Below are positions 9,592 to 18,779 of a DNA stretch of 64,000 bases, piece after piece; within the stretch, counting starts at the first letter, position 1; every line of letters begins with the position of its first letter. The stretch covers positions 12,823 through 76,822 of the forward strand of contig DAOSEC010000008.1 in NCBI GenBank assembly GCA_035362935.1, written 5' to 3'. A model generated the notes under the pieces. The model did not search any database and had not been told where the DNA came from. It was given only the letters and a program-made list of their open reading frames with translations. This stretch comes from Bacilli bacterium (GTDB lineage: Bacteria; Bacillota_I; Bacilli_A; ML615J-28; CAG-313). Made by a program: the position numbers and the translations under genes.

Positions 9592-10489
9592 ATTTGTTTT
9601 TCCCCTTTGATTCTTCTTGTTTCATTTGTGAAACAACAACCGCAACAATAATCAGTGATCCGCCAAGAAACACAAACGGTTTGAATGCAATTGATAACAT
9701 TATGATTTCTAATATGCTCGCAAATACGGCTTCTAAACTAACAATAATGCTTATCTTTGATGGTTCGACATATTTTAATGCAATGTTTTGCCCAAGGTAA
9801 CCAAATCCTGTATTGAATAATCCTAAGAATACAATAGGCCACCACGAGACTACTCCAACTTGTGGTATGGTATCAAATACAAATGCTAAGACAAGTGATA
9901 ATAACCCCACAGTTGCAAATTGAACAATGCTAAACGGAATTGGGTCAATCGGATGTTTGTCCATCACTCTGCTACTTTCAATCAAATACATACTCGAAAA
10001 CACCACAGAGATAAATGTTAACAAATCTCCAAAATTAAATTCGATTAATAGTTGATCATTCAGTGACAACATATAGACACCAAGAAGCGCAATCACTGAT
10101 GCAATATAGATATATTTTGATAGATGTTTCTTATAAACTACAAAACTAATCACCGGAACCACAACAACAATCAATTGAACAATGAATGCATTTTTCGAAG
10201 CTGTTGTATACACTAACCCAAAGGTTTGTAATCCAAAGGCAACAAGTAACAAGATTCCGATCCAAATTCCCTTTGAAAGCGTACGCCCTTTGATTTGTTT
10301 TAGATATCGAAAAAAGATTATACTTAATACAAACGATGCTAGTAAAAATCTACCAGCAAGAATCGTAAAGGTTTGAAAGCCTAAATCATTTGCGATCTTG
10401 TTAATTGGGAATCCACTTCCCCATATAATCGCAACGACTAGAAGTAATATTTCTGCGTTTTTAACTTTAGCAAAGCGGCTCAATTTCAT
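9572..10489 (-). CDS. EamA/DMT-family transporter
   Basis: 305 aa, about 10 TM helices, two EamA-like halves. Confidence 0.7.
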   Translation of the reverse strand: MKLSRFAKVKNAEILLLVVAIIWGSGFPINKIANDLGFQTFTILAGRFLLASFVLSIIFFRYLKQIKGRTLSKGIWIGILLLVAFGLQTFGLVYTTASKNAFIVQLIVVVVPVISFVVYKKHLSKYIYIASVIALLGVYMLSLNDQLLIEFNFGDLLTFISVVFSSMYLIESSRVMDKHPIDPIPFSIVQFATVGLLSLVLAFVFDTIPQVGVVSWWPIVFLGLFNTGFGYLGQNIALKYVEPSKISIIVSLEAVFASILEIIMLSIAFKPFVFLGGSLIIVAVVVSQMKQEESKGKNKYGKEGI

Positions 10490-10555
10490 CCCTCCATATT
10501 GGTAATTATATCATAGCAGAGCTGTTTTTCATAGAAAAAAAGAAAAAGTAGAACT

Positions 10556-12166
10556 CTACTTTTTCCCTTCAATCGCGTGTTTGATAAAATCTTTGAATAA
10601 TGGATGTGGCTTATTCGGTCTAGATAAGAATTCTGGATGAAATTGACATCCAACAAACCATGGGTGATTGCTTAATTCCATCATCTCAACAAGACTAGTT
10701 TGTGGGTTAATTCCACTAACCACCATACCAGCGTTTTCAAATTGTTCTTTAAACTGATTGTTAAACTCGTAACGATGTCTATGTCGTTCCTTGATCTCAT
10801 CGACTCCGTAAGCTTCATACGCTTTTGTTCCTGGTTTGATGATGCAATCATAGAGACCTAAACGCAGTGTCCCACCAATGTTAATTCCTTCGTATTGATC
10901 AGGTAAGTAATCGAAGATTGGATATGGAGTATTTGGATCAAATTCAGTCGAACTTGCGTGGTCTAAACCTAATACATTTCTTGCATATTCTATCATCGCT
11001 ATTTGCATCCCTAAACACAATCCTAAGTATGGAACGAGCTTGGTTCTTGCATATTCTGCTGCTAAGATTTTCCCCTCAATCGCACGCGGTCCAAATCCAC
11101 CAGGCACTAAGATACCACTTACATCATCTAGTTCTTCGGATATGTTATTTAATGTCAATGTTTCTGCATCTACAAACTTGATATGAACCTTATGATTGTG
11201 ATAAATTCCTGCGTGTTTGAGTGATTCCGAAACCGATAAATAAGCATCTGGTAATTCCACATATTTTCCAACAATCGCAACCTTAACTTGTTTTTTAATT
11301 GCTTTGATTCGTTTGATCAAATCATTCCATTCACTCATTTCAAGTGGAGCGGTTTCTAATTCAAAGTGGTTACATATATATTCGTCTAGTCCTTGTCGAG
11401 CAAATCCACTTGCAACTTCATAGATAACATCTACATCTCTTGCTTCAATGATCGCTTTTTCGTTGACATCACATAGAAGTGCAATCTTATCTTTTTGATC
11501 TTGAGGAACTTCAACTTCGGTTCTTAAAATAATCACATCTGGTTGAATTCCTAAACTTCTTAATTCTTTGACTGAGTGTTGTGTTGGTTTGGTTTTTATT
11601 TCTCCAGCAGCCTTTAAGAAGGGAACAAGTGTTGTATGAATATACATCGTATTGTGGAAACCATAATCACGTCTTGTTTGGCGAATTGCTTCTAAAAACG
11701 GTAAACTTTCGATGTCTCCTACGGTTCCACCAATTTCAGTAATGACAACATCAGCTTCACTTGAAATCGCAGCTTTTTGTAAATATCGTTTGATTTGATT
11801 TGTGACATGGGGAACAACTTGGACGGTAGACCCTAAATATTCACCACGACGTTCTTTTTCGATGATTTTTGAATATATTTTTCCAGTGGTTACGTTAGAA
11901 TATTTGCTTAAGTTTTCATCGATAAAACGTTCATAGTGACCTAAGTCGAGATCGGTTTCCGCACCATCGTTGGTCACAAATACTTCACCATGTTGATATG
12001 GTGACATTGTGCCTGGATCATAATTCAAATACGGATCAAATTTAAGCATAAATACTTTTAATCCTCTATTTTTTAATAACCTTCCAATGCTTGCTGCTGA
12101 AATTCCTTTTCCTAAACTCGATACAACTCCACCAGTAACGAATATAAATTTTGTCTGTTTCCCCAT
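10556..12166 (-). CDS. pyrG: CTP synthase
   Basis: Start taken at [22 protein letters not shown]. The glutamine amidotransferase C-terminal region has the GxCLG active-site motif (GLCLGMQ). Confidence 0.95.
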   Translation of the reverse strand: MGKQTKFIFVTGGVVSSLGKGISAASIGRLLKNRGLKVFMLKFDPYLNYDPGTMSPYQHGEVFVTNDGAETDLDLGHYERFIDENLSKYSNVTTGKIYSKIIEKERRGEYLGSTVQVVPHVTNQIKRYLQKAAISSEADVVITEIGGTVGDIESLPFLEAIRQTRRDYGFHNTMYIHTTLVPFLKAAGEIKTKPTQHSVKELRSLGIQPDVIILRTEVEVPQDQKDKIALLCDVNEKAIIEARDVDVIYEVASGFARQGLDEYICNHFELETAPLEMSEWNDLIKRIKAIKKQVKVAIVGKYVELPDAYLSVSESLKHAGIYHNHKVHIKFVDAETLTLNNISEELDDVSGILVPGGFGPRAIEGKILAAEYARTKLVPYLGLCLGMQIAMIEYARNVLGLDHASSTEFDPNTPYPIFDYLPDQYEGINIGGTLRLGLYDCIIKPGTKAYEAYGVDEIKERHRHRYEFNNQFKEQFENAGMVVSGINPQTSLVEMMELSNHPWFVGCQFHPEFLSRPNKPHPLFKDFIKHAIEGKK

Positions 12167-12180
12167 AATCTTCCTTCTTT

Positions 12181-12215
12181 CTAAAAAATAAAAAGCCCTC
12201 TTCAACGAAGAGAGC
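12181..12215 (-). terminator. intrinsic terminator in the pyrG leader (also terminates the upstream gene); putative pyrG attenuator
   Basis: Minus-strand hairpin GCUCUCUUC-GUUG-AAGAGGGC followed by UUUUUAUUUUUU. It lies between the promoter at 12243-12270 and the pyrG start. Confidence 0.5.
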
Positions 12216-12242
12216 TAACATTTCTTTTTTGGCTCTTTCTTA

Positions 12243-12270
12243 TTATATCAAAAGATTGTTGTTAAATCAA
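12243..12270 (-). promoter_or_regulatory. sigma-A-type promoter upstream of the pyrG leader (TTGATT-16 nt-TATAAT)
   Basis: Revcomp 12265-12270 is TTGATT and revcomp 12243-12248 is TATAAT. The -35 overlaps the stop codon of the upstream gene. Confidence 0.4.
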
Positions 12271-12953
12271 TCTTTTTTTGTATCTCGCAAAAATGGCATA
12301 ACCAAATATATTAACAAAATGTGTGTAATTACAAGTAAAACAATAAAATAGAAGGCAAAGATGTCAAGTGATGTTATCACATTTGTAATAAGATTAATTG
12401 GACGAAATACATCCCAAGAATTAAATCTTAAAAATCGTCCAATATAGATTCCAATACTCGATAACAAACTAATGTCTAGAATCATATGGTGCTTCCATTT
12501 TGGAAATGTTTCGCACAAAAATGTTAATGCATTATCAATGGATTTACACGCTAGAAACAATCCAATGAGTGCTCCTAGGAAGATATGTATCAAAGCAACA
12601 TATGCCTCAATTTGTCTTACATATTCCATTGGTGCATACGGATGTTCAAATGTGTAAAATGGATAGTTCGTTAAGTGAATAAAATCCGTAATAATATAAA
12701 ATGCATTTGGTAACATAACAAGCCAGATTACAACAATAATCCACTTCATCCACTTGTGTTTGATTGTTTTGTTTCTTAAGAGTAGCGTAACAAGAAGTGG
12801 AATCACTGCTAATATCATATTCCAAGCAAAAAATATATGTAAGAACTGTTTTGTTATGATAAAGACTGGAATCGATAGGAATCCATAAAGGATAGCAAAC
12901 AACAAGAGTCTTCGTTCAACTGGGGTAATAAACTTCCAAAGCTTTGACATCAT
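12267..12953 (-). CDS. DUF1361-like polytopic membrane protein
   Basis: 228 aa with about 6 TM helices. Confidence 0.5.
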   Translation of the reverse strand: MMSKLWKFITPVERRLLLFAILYGFLSIPVFIITKQFLHIFFAWNMILAVIPLLVTLLLRNKTIKHKWMKWIIVVIWLVMLPNAFYIITDFIHLTNYPFYTFEHPYAPMEYVRQIEAYVALIHIFLGALIGLFLACKSIDNALTFLCETFPKWKHHMILDISLLSSIGIYIGRFLRFNSWDVFRPINLITNVITSLDIFAFYFIVLLVITHILLIYLVMPFLRDTKKD

Positions 12954-13945
12954 GATTTTAATATCTCATCGATTCGATCTAATTCTTCTTGTGTAAATGA
13001 CAAGTTATCAATTGCTTTGATGTTTTCATAAAGTTGTTCTACTTTACTTACTCCAAGAACAGTCGATGTCATTTTTGGATTTCTCAATACCCAAGCAATT
13101 GCCATTTGTGAAATGGTTTGGTTTCTTTGTTTGGCAACACTGTTTAGTGCTAATAATTTTTGAATGAGCGGTTCTGTCACAGCCGATTTGTTGATGTGTT
13201 TGATGTGTTCTTTCATCAATCTTGAATCATCTGGAATTCCATCTATATATTTGTTTGATAATAGTCCTTGTGCAAGCGCAACAAAGCAAATGGTACCTCC
13301 ACCGACTTCATATTGGGTATCTAGTAAGTGATCGTCTTCAATCCAACGATTTAACATATTATAACTTGGTTGAGTAATCACATAAGGAACATGCATTGCT
13401 TTTAAGTAAGCCACTGCTTCTTTGATTTGATGTGATTTATAGTTGGACAAACCAACATAAAGGGCTTTTCCGCTTCTAACAATATCAGCAAGTGCGGTCA
13501 TAGTTTCTTCTAAAGAAGTTTCTGCGTCAAAGCGATGATGATAAAAGATATCAACATAAGGAATTCCAAGTCTTGCAAGTGATTGATCAATGCTTGCCAT
13601 TAAATATTTACGAGAACCATAATCTCCATATGGTCCTGGCCACATCAAATACCCAGCCTTGGTTGATATGATAATTTCATCACGATATGCCATTAATTCT
13701 TCTTTTAAAATGTTTCCAAATGTGATTTCAGCCGATCCTGGAGGTGGTCCATAATTATTCGCTAAATCAAAGTGGGTAATTCCGTTGTTAAATGCTTCTA
13801 GTACAATTTGTTTGCATGTTTGATAATCATCCACTGCACCAAAATTCCACCACATTCCAAGCGATATCACAGGAAGTTTTAATCCACTTTTACCGAGTCT
13901 TCTATATAACATTTTTTCGTAACGATTGGGATTTGCTTGATACAT
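12950..13945 (-). CDS. aldo/keto reductase (YajO / L-glyceraldehyde-3-phosphate reductase-like)
   Basis: ORF to 13969, start probably MYQANPNRY. AKR motifs GMWWNFG and HFDLANNYGPPPGSAE. Confidence 0.85.
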   Translation of the reverse strand: MYQANPNRYEKMLYRRLGKSGLKLPVISLGMWWNFGAVDDYQTCKQIVLEAFNNGITHFDLANNYGPPPGSAEITFGNILKEELMAYRDEIIISTKAGYLMWPGPYGDYGSRKYLMASIDQSLARLGIPYVDIFYHHRFDAETSLEETMTALADIVRSGKALYVGLSNYKSHQIKEAVAYLKAMHVPYVITQPSYNMLNRWIEDDHLLDTQYEVGGGTICFVALAQGLLSNKYIDGIPDDSRLMKEHIKHINKSAVTEPLIQKLLALNSVAKQRNQTISQMAIAWVLRNPKMTSTVLGVSKVEQLYENIKAIDNLSFTQEELDRIDEILKS

Positions 13946-13997
13946 ATCTAATTCCTCTCTTTCTGCCAATAATTATATCATATTAGACCATACATGA

Positions 13998-14026
13998 AAA
14001 GAAAAAGCCTATTTCTAGGCTTTTAT
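13998..14026. terminator. hairpin terminator at the rpoE 3' end
   Basis: aaaaagcct-atttct-aggctttt, flanked by an A-tract and a T-tract. Confidence 0.55.
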
Positions 14027-14559
14027 CGTTTTGATAATTCTTCTTCAATGTCGTCAGAGTCTTCTTCAACTTCATCTTCTTCTAAGTCTAGGACGACTTC
14101 TCGAATCTCATCGCTATCTTCATCTTCGTCGGTATCATCCGTTAATCCAAGTTCTAATGCGATGTCGTCGGTTTCTTCTTCTTCGGTATCATCTTCATCG
14201 ACATCATCTTCATCGACTGTTTCAAACGTTGGATAAGTAACACCATCGCGCAACTCATTCTTTAATACATCTTCGTCATCGGAATAAATGTCATCAAAGT
14301 CACCACCATCTTTATCAAGCATCGCTACTGGTTGTCTTTCTTTTAAGTCCCAAAGCGAATCTCCACAAAAAACAAAGTGTCCGCTCATCATAAAATCCAA
14401 ATAAAATTGAGAAACAATTTCTACGTATTCTGAATCCGTATATTTTTTGTTTTTCAAAAGTTCTTTCAAAATCGAGTCGATTGAAAGTGGTTCGTGTTTT
14501 CGTTGTTTTTTAAATAGTTCTACTGCTCGTTCTAGCAGTGATCCATCTTTTATAGCCAT
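14023..14559 (-). CDS. rpoE: DNA-directed RNA polymerase delta subunit
   Basis: 178 aa. N-terminal HARE-HTH-like domain followed by a long poly-acidic tail (DEDDVDEDDTEEEETDD…), the diagnostic architecture. pyrG lies nearby, as in Bacillus. Confidence 0.85.
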   Translation of the reverse strand: MAIKDGSLLERAVELFKKQRKHEPLSIDSILKELLKNKKYTDSEYVEIVSQFYLDFMMSGHFVFCGDSLWDLKERQPVAMLDKDGGDFDDIYSDDEDVLKNELRDGVTYPTFETVDEDDVDEDDTEEEETDDIALELGLTDDTDEDEDSDEIREVVLDLEEDEVEEDSDDIEEELSKR

Positions 14560-14632
14560 TGAATAAGCCTCCTAAAATAATATCCTACATTGTATATGAT
14601 TTTTGTTTTTTTTGCAAGTAAAATCGACAAGC

Positions 14633-15040
14633 TTATTGGTTTTGTACAAATGTATACTTTACTACAAGTTTGTGATATCGTTTGTTCGTTTCACCGACTT
14701 CGGTTTCATAGATAATCGTTAAGGTGTGGTCTTCGAATTGAATCAAATTTGTTGAAGTTGACATCGAGACTTCTAAACCAAAGTTTGTTGTCAAATGCAT
14801 GTTTGTGATTTGACCTTCGATAAACTCTTGTTCCATCGTTATATCACCACTGCGTTTTACAAACACACGGTTTGGATATATATATATGTTTGTTCGTACT
14901 TTTGCTTCAAGCTCTTCAGTAAATTCGAGTTCTTTGTGATCTTCATAAACGTGATAGTCACCTAAGGAATAGTATTCAATTTCCGTGCCATCGCTGATAT
15001 CCATTTTAAAGTGTACTTCAACTGCCTGTTTCATAGTCAC
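14633..15040 (-). CDS. hypothetical beta-rich protein (DUF1934/YwiB-like)
   Basis: 135 aa. Size and conservation pattern fit DUF1934. The assignment is tentative. Confidence 0.45.
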   Translation of the reverse strand: MTMKQAVEVHFKMDISDGTEIEYYSLGDYHVYEDHKELEFTEELEAKVRTNIYIYPNRVFVKRSGDITMEQEFIEGQITNMHLTTNFGLEVSMSTSTNLIQFEDHTLTIIYETEVGETNKRYHKLVVKYTFVQNQ

Positions 15041-15054
15041 CTCTTCAATATCGA

Positions 15055-15786
15055 TTATTTTCTTGTGGATAGTTCTTTTATCTTTTTATAATCTGTTCGG
15101 TCGTTTGTGAGTGGAGTAATGGAAATGTATCCATTCAAATAACTCATAACATCACCTTCTAGATCGTCTAATTTGGTTTTGCGATCTGGTTCACCAACCA
15201 TGTAATGTAATCCGTCCACGAGCTTGAAAATCGTTTGTGTTGCATTTTTCGTCTGATGTGTTATTTTGATACCGGTTGGATTTGAAGGTATGTTGATATT
15301 GTAAAACTGATTGGAATGCAACATGTGATTTTTTTGCATATAATCCATAATGGTTGTGAAGTTTTGTTTGAGCGCTTCTATGTTGCCTTTTGCAACTGAC
15401 AATGCAACTCCAACAGCTCCAAGCATCACACCTTCTGCAGCGCCGGCAACCGTTCCAGAATACATGACGTCATCTGCCATATTTAATCCATCGTTTGCTC
15501 CAGAGAATACCAAATCAAAGTCATATTTTAATGCAACTTTCGCCACCTTTACACAGTCAGCTGGTGTTCCATCTAAACTATAAGTTTTTACTCCTGGAAC
15601 AATATCTTCAAGTTGTTGTAATTTAAGACCATGACGAATTGTAATCGAATGTGATACGGCAGATTTTTCACTGCTTGGTGCGACAACCAATAAATCAACT
15701 TCATAGTCTGTTAAGCATTCAACGAGTGCTTTGATTCCTTTTGAGTGGACGGAATCATCATTTGTCACTAATACTTTTTTTCTCAT
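15055..15786 (-). CDS. surE: 5'/3'-nucleotidase SurE
   Basis: 243 aa. N-terminal VLVTNDDS…G motif and SGANDG…YSGTV motif. Confidence 0.85.
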   Translation of the reverse strand: MRKKVLVTNDDSVHSKGIKALVECLTDYEVDLLVVAPSSEKSAVSHSITIRHGLKLQQLEDIVPGVKTYSLDGTPADCVKVAKVALKYDFDLVFSGANDGLNMADDVMYSGTVAGAAEGVMLGAVGVALSVAKGNIEALKQNFTTIMDYMQKNHMLHSNQFYNINIPSNPTGIKITHQTKNATQTIFKLVDGLHYMVGEPDRKTKLDDLEGDVMSYLNGYISITPLTNDRTDYKKIKELSTRK

Positions 15787-16751
15787 AACAACTCCGGATT
15801 TTTTTGTTTGAATTCTTTTAATTTTTCATCTGCTAATTGTAACAATTCTTTGACTTCTTTGTTGTTATACATCGTAGCTCCTGCTGCTTGTAGGTGACCT
15901 CCACCTCTAAATTGTGAAGCAATGTCATTGATTGCTAAAAAGCGGGAACGAAGACGACCCCTAATCTCTCCATTTGGCTGATCAATAAACGCAATCCAAA
16001 TGAGTGATCCTTTGATGGAATCAATCGTATTTACCATATTTCCTGCTTCGTCTGGTGTTACACCAAATTTCTTTTGTGTTCTTTTTGTAAACCGAATATA
16101 GACAACTCCATTTGGAGTCATCTTGAAATTTTTATAAACAAACCCTTGTAATTTTAACGATTCTTTGTCTTTTAAATACAAAGATGAATATAGTTTTTCT
16201 AAGTCTATTTCTTTGTCTAATAATACACTCGCATTACGTAATACATCGCCACTTACTCCGCGGTAACGGAAACGCCCCGTGTCTGTTACAATTCCAAAAT
16301 ATAATGCATAAGCAGCTTCATATGGCAATTTTAAGTCTTCATCAAAATCATTGTAAAATCTTGCGAGTAACGCACTACAAGATGGACTCTTATTATCAAC
16401 AAAATTAATGTTTCCAAAATCCTCTGAATCATCGTGGTGATCAATCTTAATGACAAACTTTCCTTTTTGCCAATTATCGTTTTGAATGCGCTTTGCGTTT
16501 GATGTATCGACTACAATCACCAAAGCATCTTCATAAACCGATTCTTCCACCTCATCCATCGTTGCGAATCCTCTTAAGTATTCTGGAATTTCATCTCCAC
16601 CAACAGCGTAAATTTTCTTTTCTGGAAACGATGCTTGAAGCATATGTTTTAATCCCATTTGACTTCCAATGCAATCACCATCTGGTCTTACGTGTCTGTG
16701 GATAATAATGGTTTGAAATTCTTTTATTTTATTTAATATTTCTTGTGTCAT
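15783..16751 (-). CDS. nrnA: DHH-DHHA1 phosphoesterase, NrnA-type (nanoRNase/pAp phosphatase), copy 1
   Basis: 322 aa. HRHVRPDGD, DHHDD and C-terminal GGGHLQAAG motifs. Confidence 0.85.
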   Translation of the reverse strand: MTQEILNKIKEFQTIIIHRHVRPDGDCIGSQMGLKHMLQASFPEKKIYAVGGDEIPEYLRGFATMDEVEESVYEDALVIVVDTSNAKRIQNDNWQKGKFVIKIDHHDDSEDFGNINFVDNKSPSCSALLARFYNDFDEDLKLPYEAAYALYFGIVTDTGRFRYRGVSGDVLRNASVLLDKEIDLEKLYSSLYLKDKESLKLQGFVYKNFKMTPNGVVYIRFTKRTQKKFGVTPDEAGNMVNTIDSIKGSLIWIAFIDQPNGEIRGRLRSRFLAINDIASQFRGGGHLQAAGATMYNNKEVKELLQLADEKLKEFKQKNPELL

Positions 16752-16754
16752 TTG

Positions 16755-17693
16755 TTACACCCCTTTTGCTAATTGATTTAGATCTTCAATCATAGCGTCA
16801 ACAACTTCCCAACTTTCTACATTTGCTCCACTTGCTAACTTATGACCACCGCCACCATATTTGGTTGCAATTTCATTGATGTTTGCACCATTTGATCTTA
16901 GCTCTACCCATATCTTACCGGCTTCACTATCTTCTGTGAAATTTGCCCAAATATTGATTCCTTTAATCCCTGCCATAATATTCACCATGCCTCTTGAAAT
17001 AGTGAAGATATCAATGCCATAGGTTTTTACTTCTTCTTTGGTATTTTTTAATACTCCAACACCACTTGATGTGACAATAAATTTTTGCGTTAATGCGGCT
17101 CTTAGTTTAACAATTTCTAAGTCTTCTGAATATAAATTCATATATATACTTTCCAAATCAATTTTTTCTTTTAATAAATAACTTACCAAAGAAAATGTTC
17201 GGTCGGTTGTAGAAGCATATCGGAATCGCCCAGAATCCGTTACTATTCCTGTGAACAAAGACGAAGCTGCTTGTTGATTTAGTTTGAGCCCTGTTTGATA
17301 AAAGAAATCAGCAATGAGCCCCGCACACGATTCATACGATGTATCGACAAATTTTATATTTCCAAAACCTGTTTTTTCAATATGATGATCCATTTTAATC
17401 ACAAACTTAGCAAGCTTATATCGTTCATCACTAATCATAAATTCTTCCGCAACATCAAGGACAATTGCCAGTGCATTTGGATAAATGGAATCCTCTACAA
17501 TATCCATTTCTCCCATGAACTTTAATCGTTCATTCATATCACCAACAGCAACAATCAATTTATCTTTAAAATTTTCAATTAATCCATACTTTAATCCTAG
17601 TTGACAACCAAGCGCATCTCCATCAGGACGACTGTGTCTATGAATAATAATCGTATCAAATTCTTTAATTTTTTGTAATATTTCTTTAAACAT
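16755..17693 (-). CDS. DHH-DHHA1 phosphoesterase, NrnA-type, copy 2 (tandem paralog)
   Basis: 312 aa. HRHSRPDGD, DHH and GGGHKLASG motifs. Clearly homologous to the adjacent gene. Confidence 0.85.
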   Translation of the reverse strand: MFKEILQKIKEFDTIIIHRHSRPDGDALGCQLGLKYGLIENFKDKLIVAVGDMNERLKFMGEMDIVEDSIYPNALAIVLDVAEEFMISDERYKLAKFVIKMDHHIEKTGFGNIKFVDTSYESCAGLIADFFYQTGLKLNQQAASSLFTGIVTDSGRFRYASTTDRTFSLVSYLLKEKIDLESIYMNLYSEDLEIVKLRAALTQKFIVTSSGVGVLKNTKEEVKTYGIDIFTISRGMVNIMAGIKGINIWANFTEDSEAGKIWVELRSNGANINEIATKYGGGGHKLASGANVESWEVVDAMIEDLNQLAKGV

Positions 17694-17751
17694 GAGTTTC
17701 CTCCTACGATTATTTGATTATAGCATAATTATGAAAATTTCTCAAATCATT

Positions 17752-18252
17752 TTAATCATCCATTTGGCCCTTACATAACCGTTCTGCTTTGTATAAATCA
17801 TTGGTGTATAACATATTATCTGCGTAAATTGGTCCAACTCTAGCATAACCTAATCTTACTAAATTATAATTGAGTAGTTCACCATCAACCCATATCCAAG
17901 CAAGCAGACGTTTAAATCCAGAAAAGTCTCTTAACTTATCAAATGGATCGGTTTGCAAATATATATCTTTTGCGTTTGATAAAATCTTTTTTGTATATTC
18001 GGTTGCTTCTTTCCCACCAAATTGGACTGAAAATCTATTATGTTCCGGTGTATCAATATTAAAGAACCGAACGTGTTCGATAATTCCATCTACTAAAAAA
18101 GCAGCTGTGTCTCCATCAACAGGAAATTCAAAACTTACCTTTAGTGCACCACCTAATGGTTTCCCTTGTCGATCAGACCAAAACGGTCTACTCTTAAATT
18201 TATTTGCTAGTCTTGGTCCATCATATATATATGTTTTACGTAGTTCATTCAT
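17752..18252 (-). CDS. SNase-like (thermonuclease-family) protein without signal peptide
   Basis: 166 aa. DGDT…NIDTPE…RLLAWIWVDGELLNYNLVRLGYARV matches the staphylococcal-nuclease fold. No N-terminal hydrophobic segment. Confidence 0.7.
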   Translation of the reverse strand: MNELRKTYIYDGPRLANKFKSRPFWSDRQGKPLGGALKVSFEFPVDGDTAAFLVDGIIEHVRFFNIDTPEHNRFSVQFGGKEATEYTKKILSNAKDIYLQTDPFDKLRDFSGFKRLLAWIWVDGELLNYNLVRLGYARVGPIYADNMLYTNDLYKAERLCKGQMDD

Positions 18253-18299
18253 AATAGTTAATCACCTTTCGTTCATTATAACATATTATGTTTGACAAT

Positions 18300-18335
18300 C
18301 AAAAAAGAAAGAACATATATTTGTTCTTTCTTTCG
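18300..18335 (-). terminator. rho-independent terminator
   Basis: aaagaaagaaca-tatatt-tgttctttcttt hairpin with a U-tract on the minus strand, downstream of the 100-aa membrane protein gene. Confidence 0.55.
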
Positions 18336-18342
18336 TATGGCA

Positions 18343-18645
18343 TTATTTGTTCTTCTGCTTTTCTTTCGCCCAAATAAGAAGTGAGGAAACAAGTGTTCCA
18401 ATAAAAAACAACCCCGTCAATGAACCATACAAAAAATATCCAAGTGCACCCCAACCATCTGTTATAAAGGCCAACCCCCAAAAGATTGCGGATGCAACAC
18501 CAGAAACTATAGGAACAAAGAATGTTAACTTCTTGCTTATCTTTAACAATATTTTCGTAACACCAAATCCAATAAGACCACCCACAAAGATAAACACGAT
18601 AACTGTCAAAATTTCTGTAACAATGTTTGGATACATATCCAACAC
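18343..18645 (-). CDS. small membrane protein (3 TM)
   Basis: 100-aa hydrophobic ORF. Confidence 0.45.
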   Translation of the reverse strand: MLDMYPNIVTEILTVIVFIFVGGLIGFGVTKILLKISKKLTFFVPIVSGVASAIFWGLAFITDGWGALGYFLYGSLTGLFFIGTLVSSLLIWAKEKQKNK

Positions 18646-18711
18646 CTCCTACATCTATTTACACCTTGATTATATCTTTTTTTTAGAGATATTCCATAAA
18701 AACGATAATAT

Positions 18712-18754
18712 AAAAATGCACTTGATTGGATTGCTCCTTTCAAGTGCATTTTTA
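18712..18754 (-). terminator. rho-independent terminator after the 925-aa lipoprotein gene
   Basis: atgcacttga-(15 nt)-tcaagtgcat stem with flanking A- and T-tracts. Confidence 0.6.
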
Positions 18755-18779
18755 ATTAATTTTTTGTTATGCTAACTTG

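Noticed and set aside
13994-14240. Ser-rich 80-aa ORF and a His/Leu/Arg-rich 69-aa ORF.
   Set aside because: They are antisense to or frame-shifted within the acidic (GAA/GAT-repeat) tail of rpoE. Poly-Ser and poly-Leu are the expected shadows of poly-Glu/Asp coding sequence.
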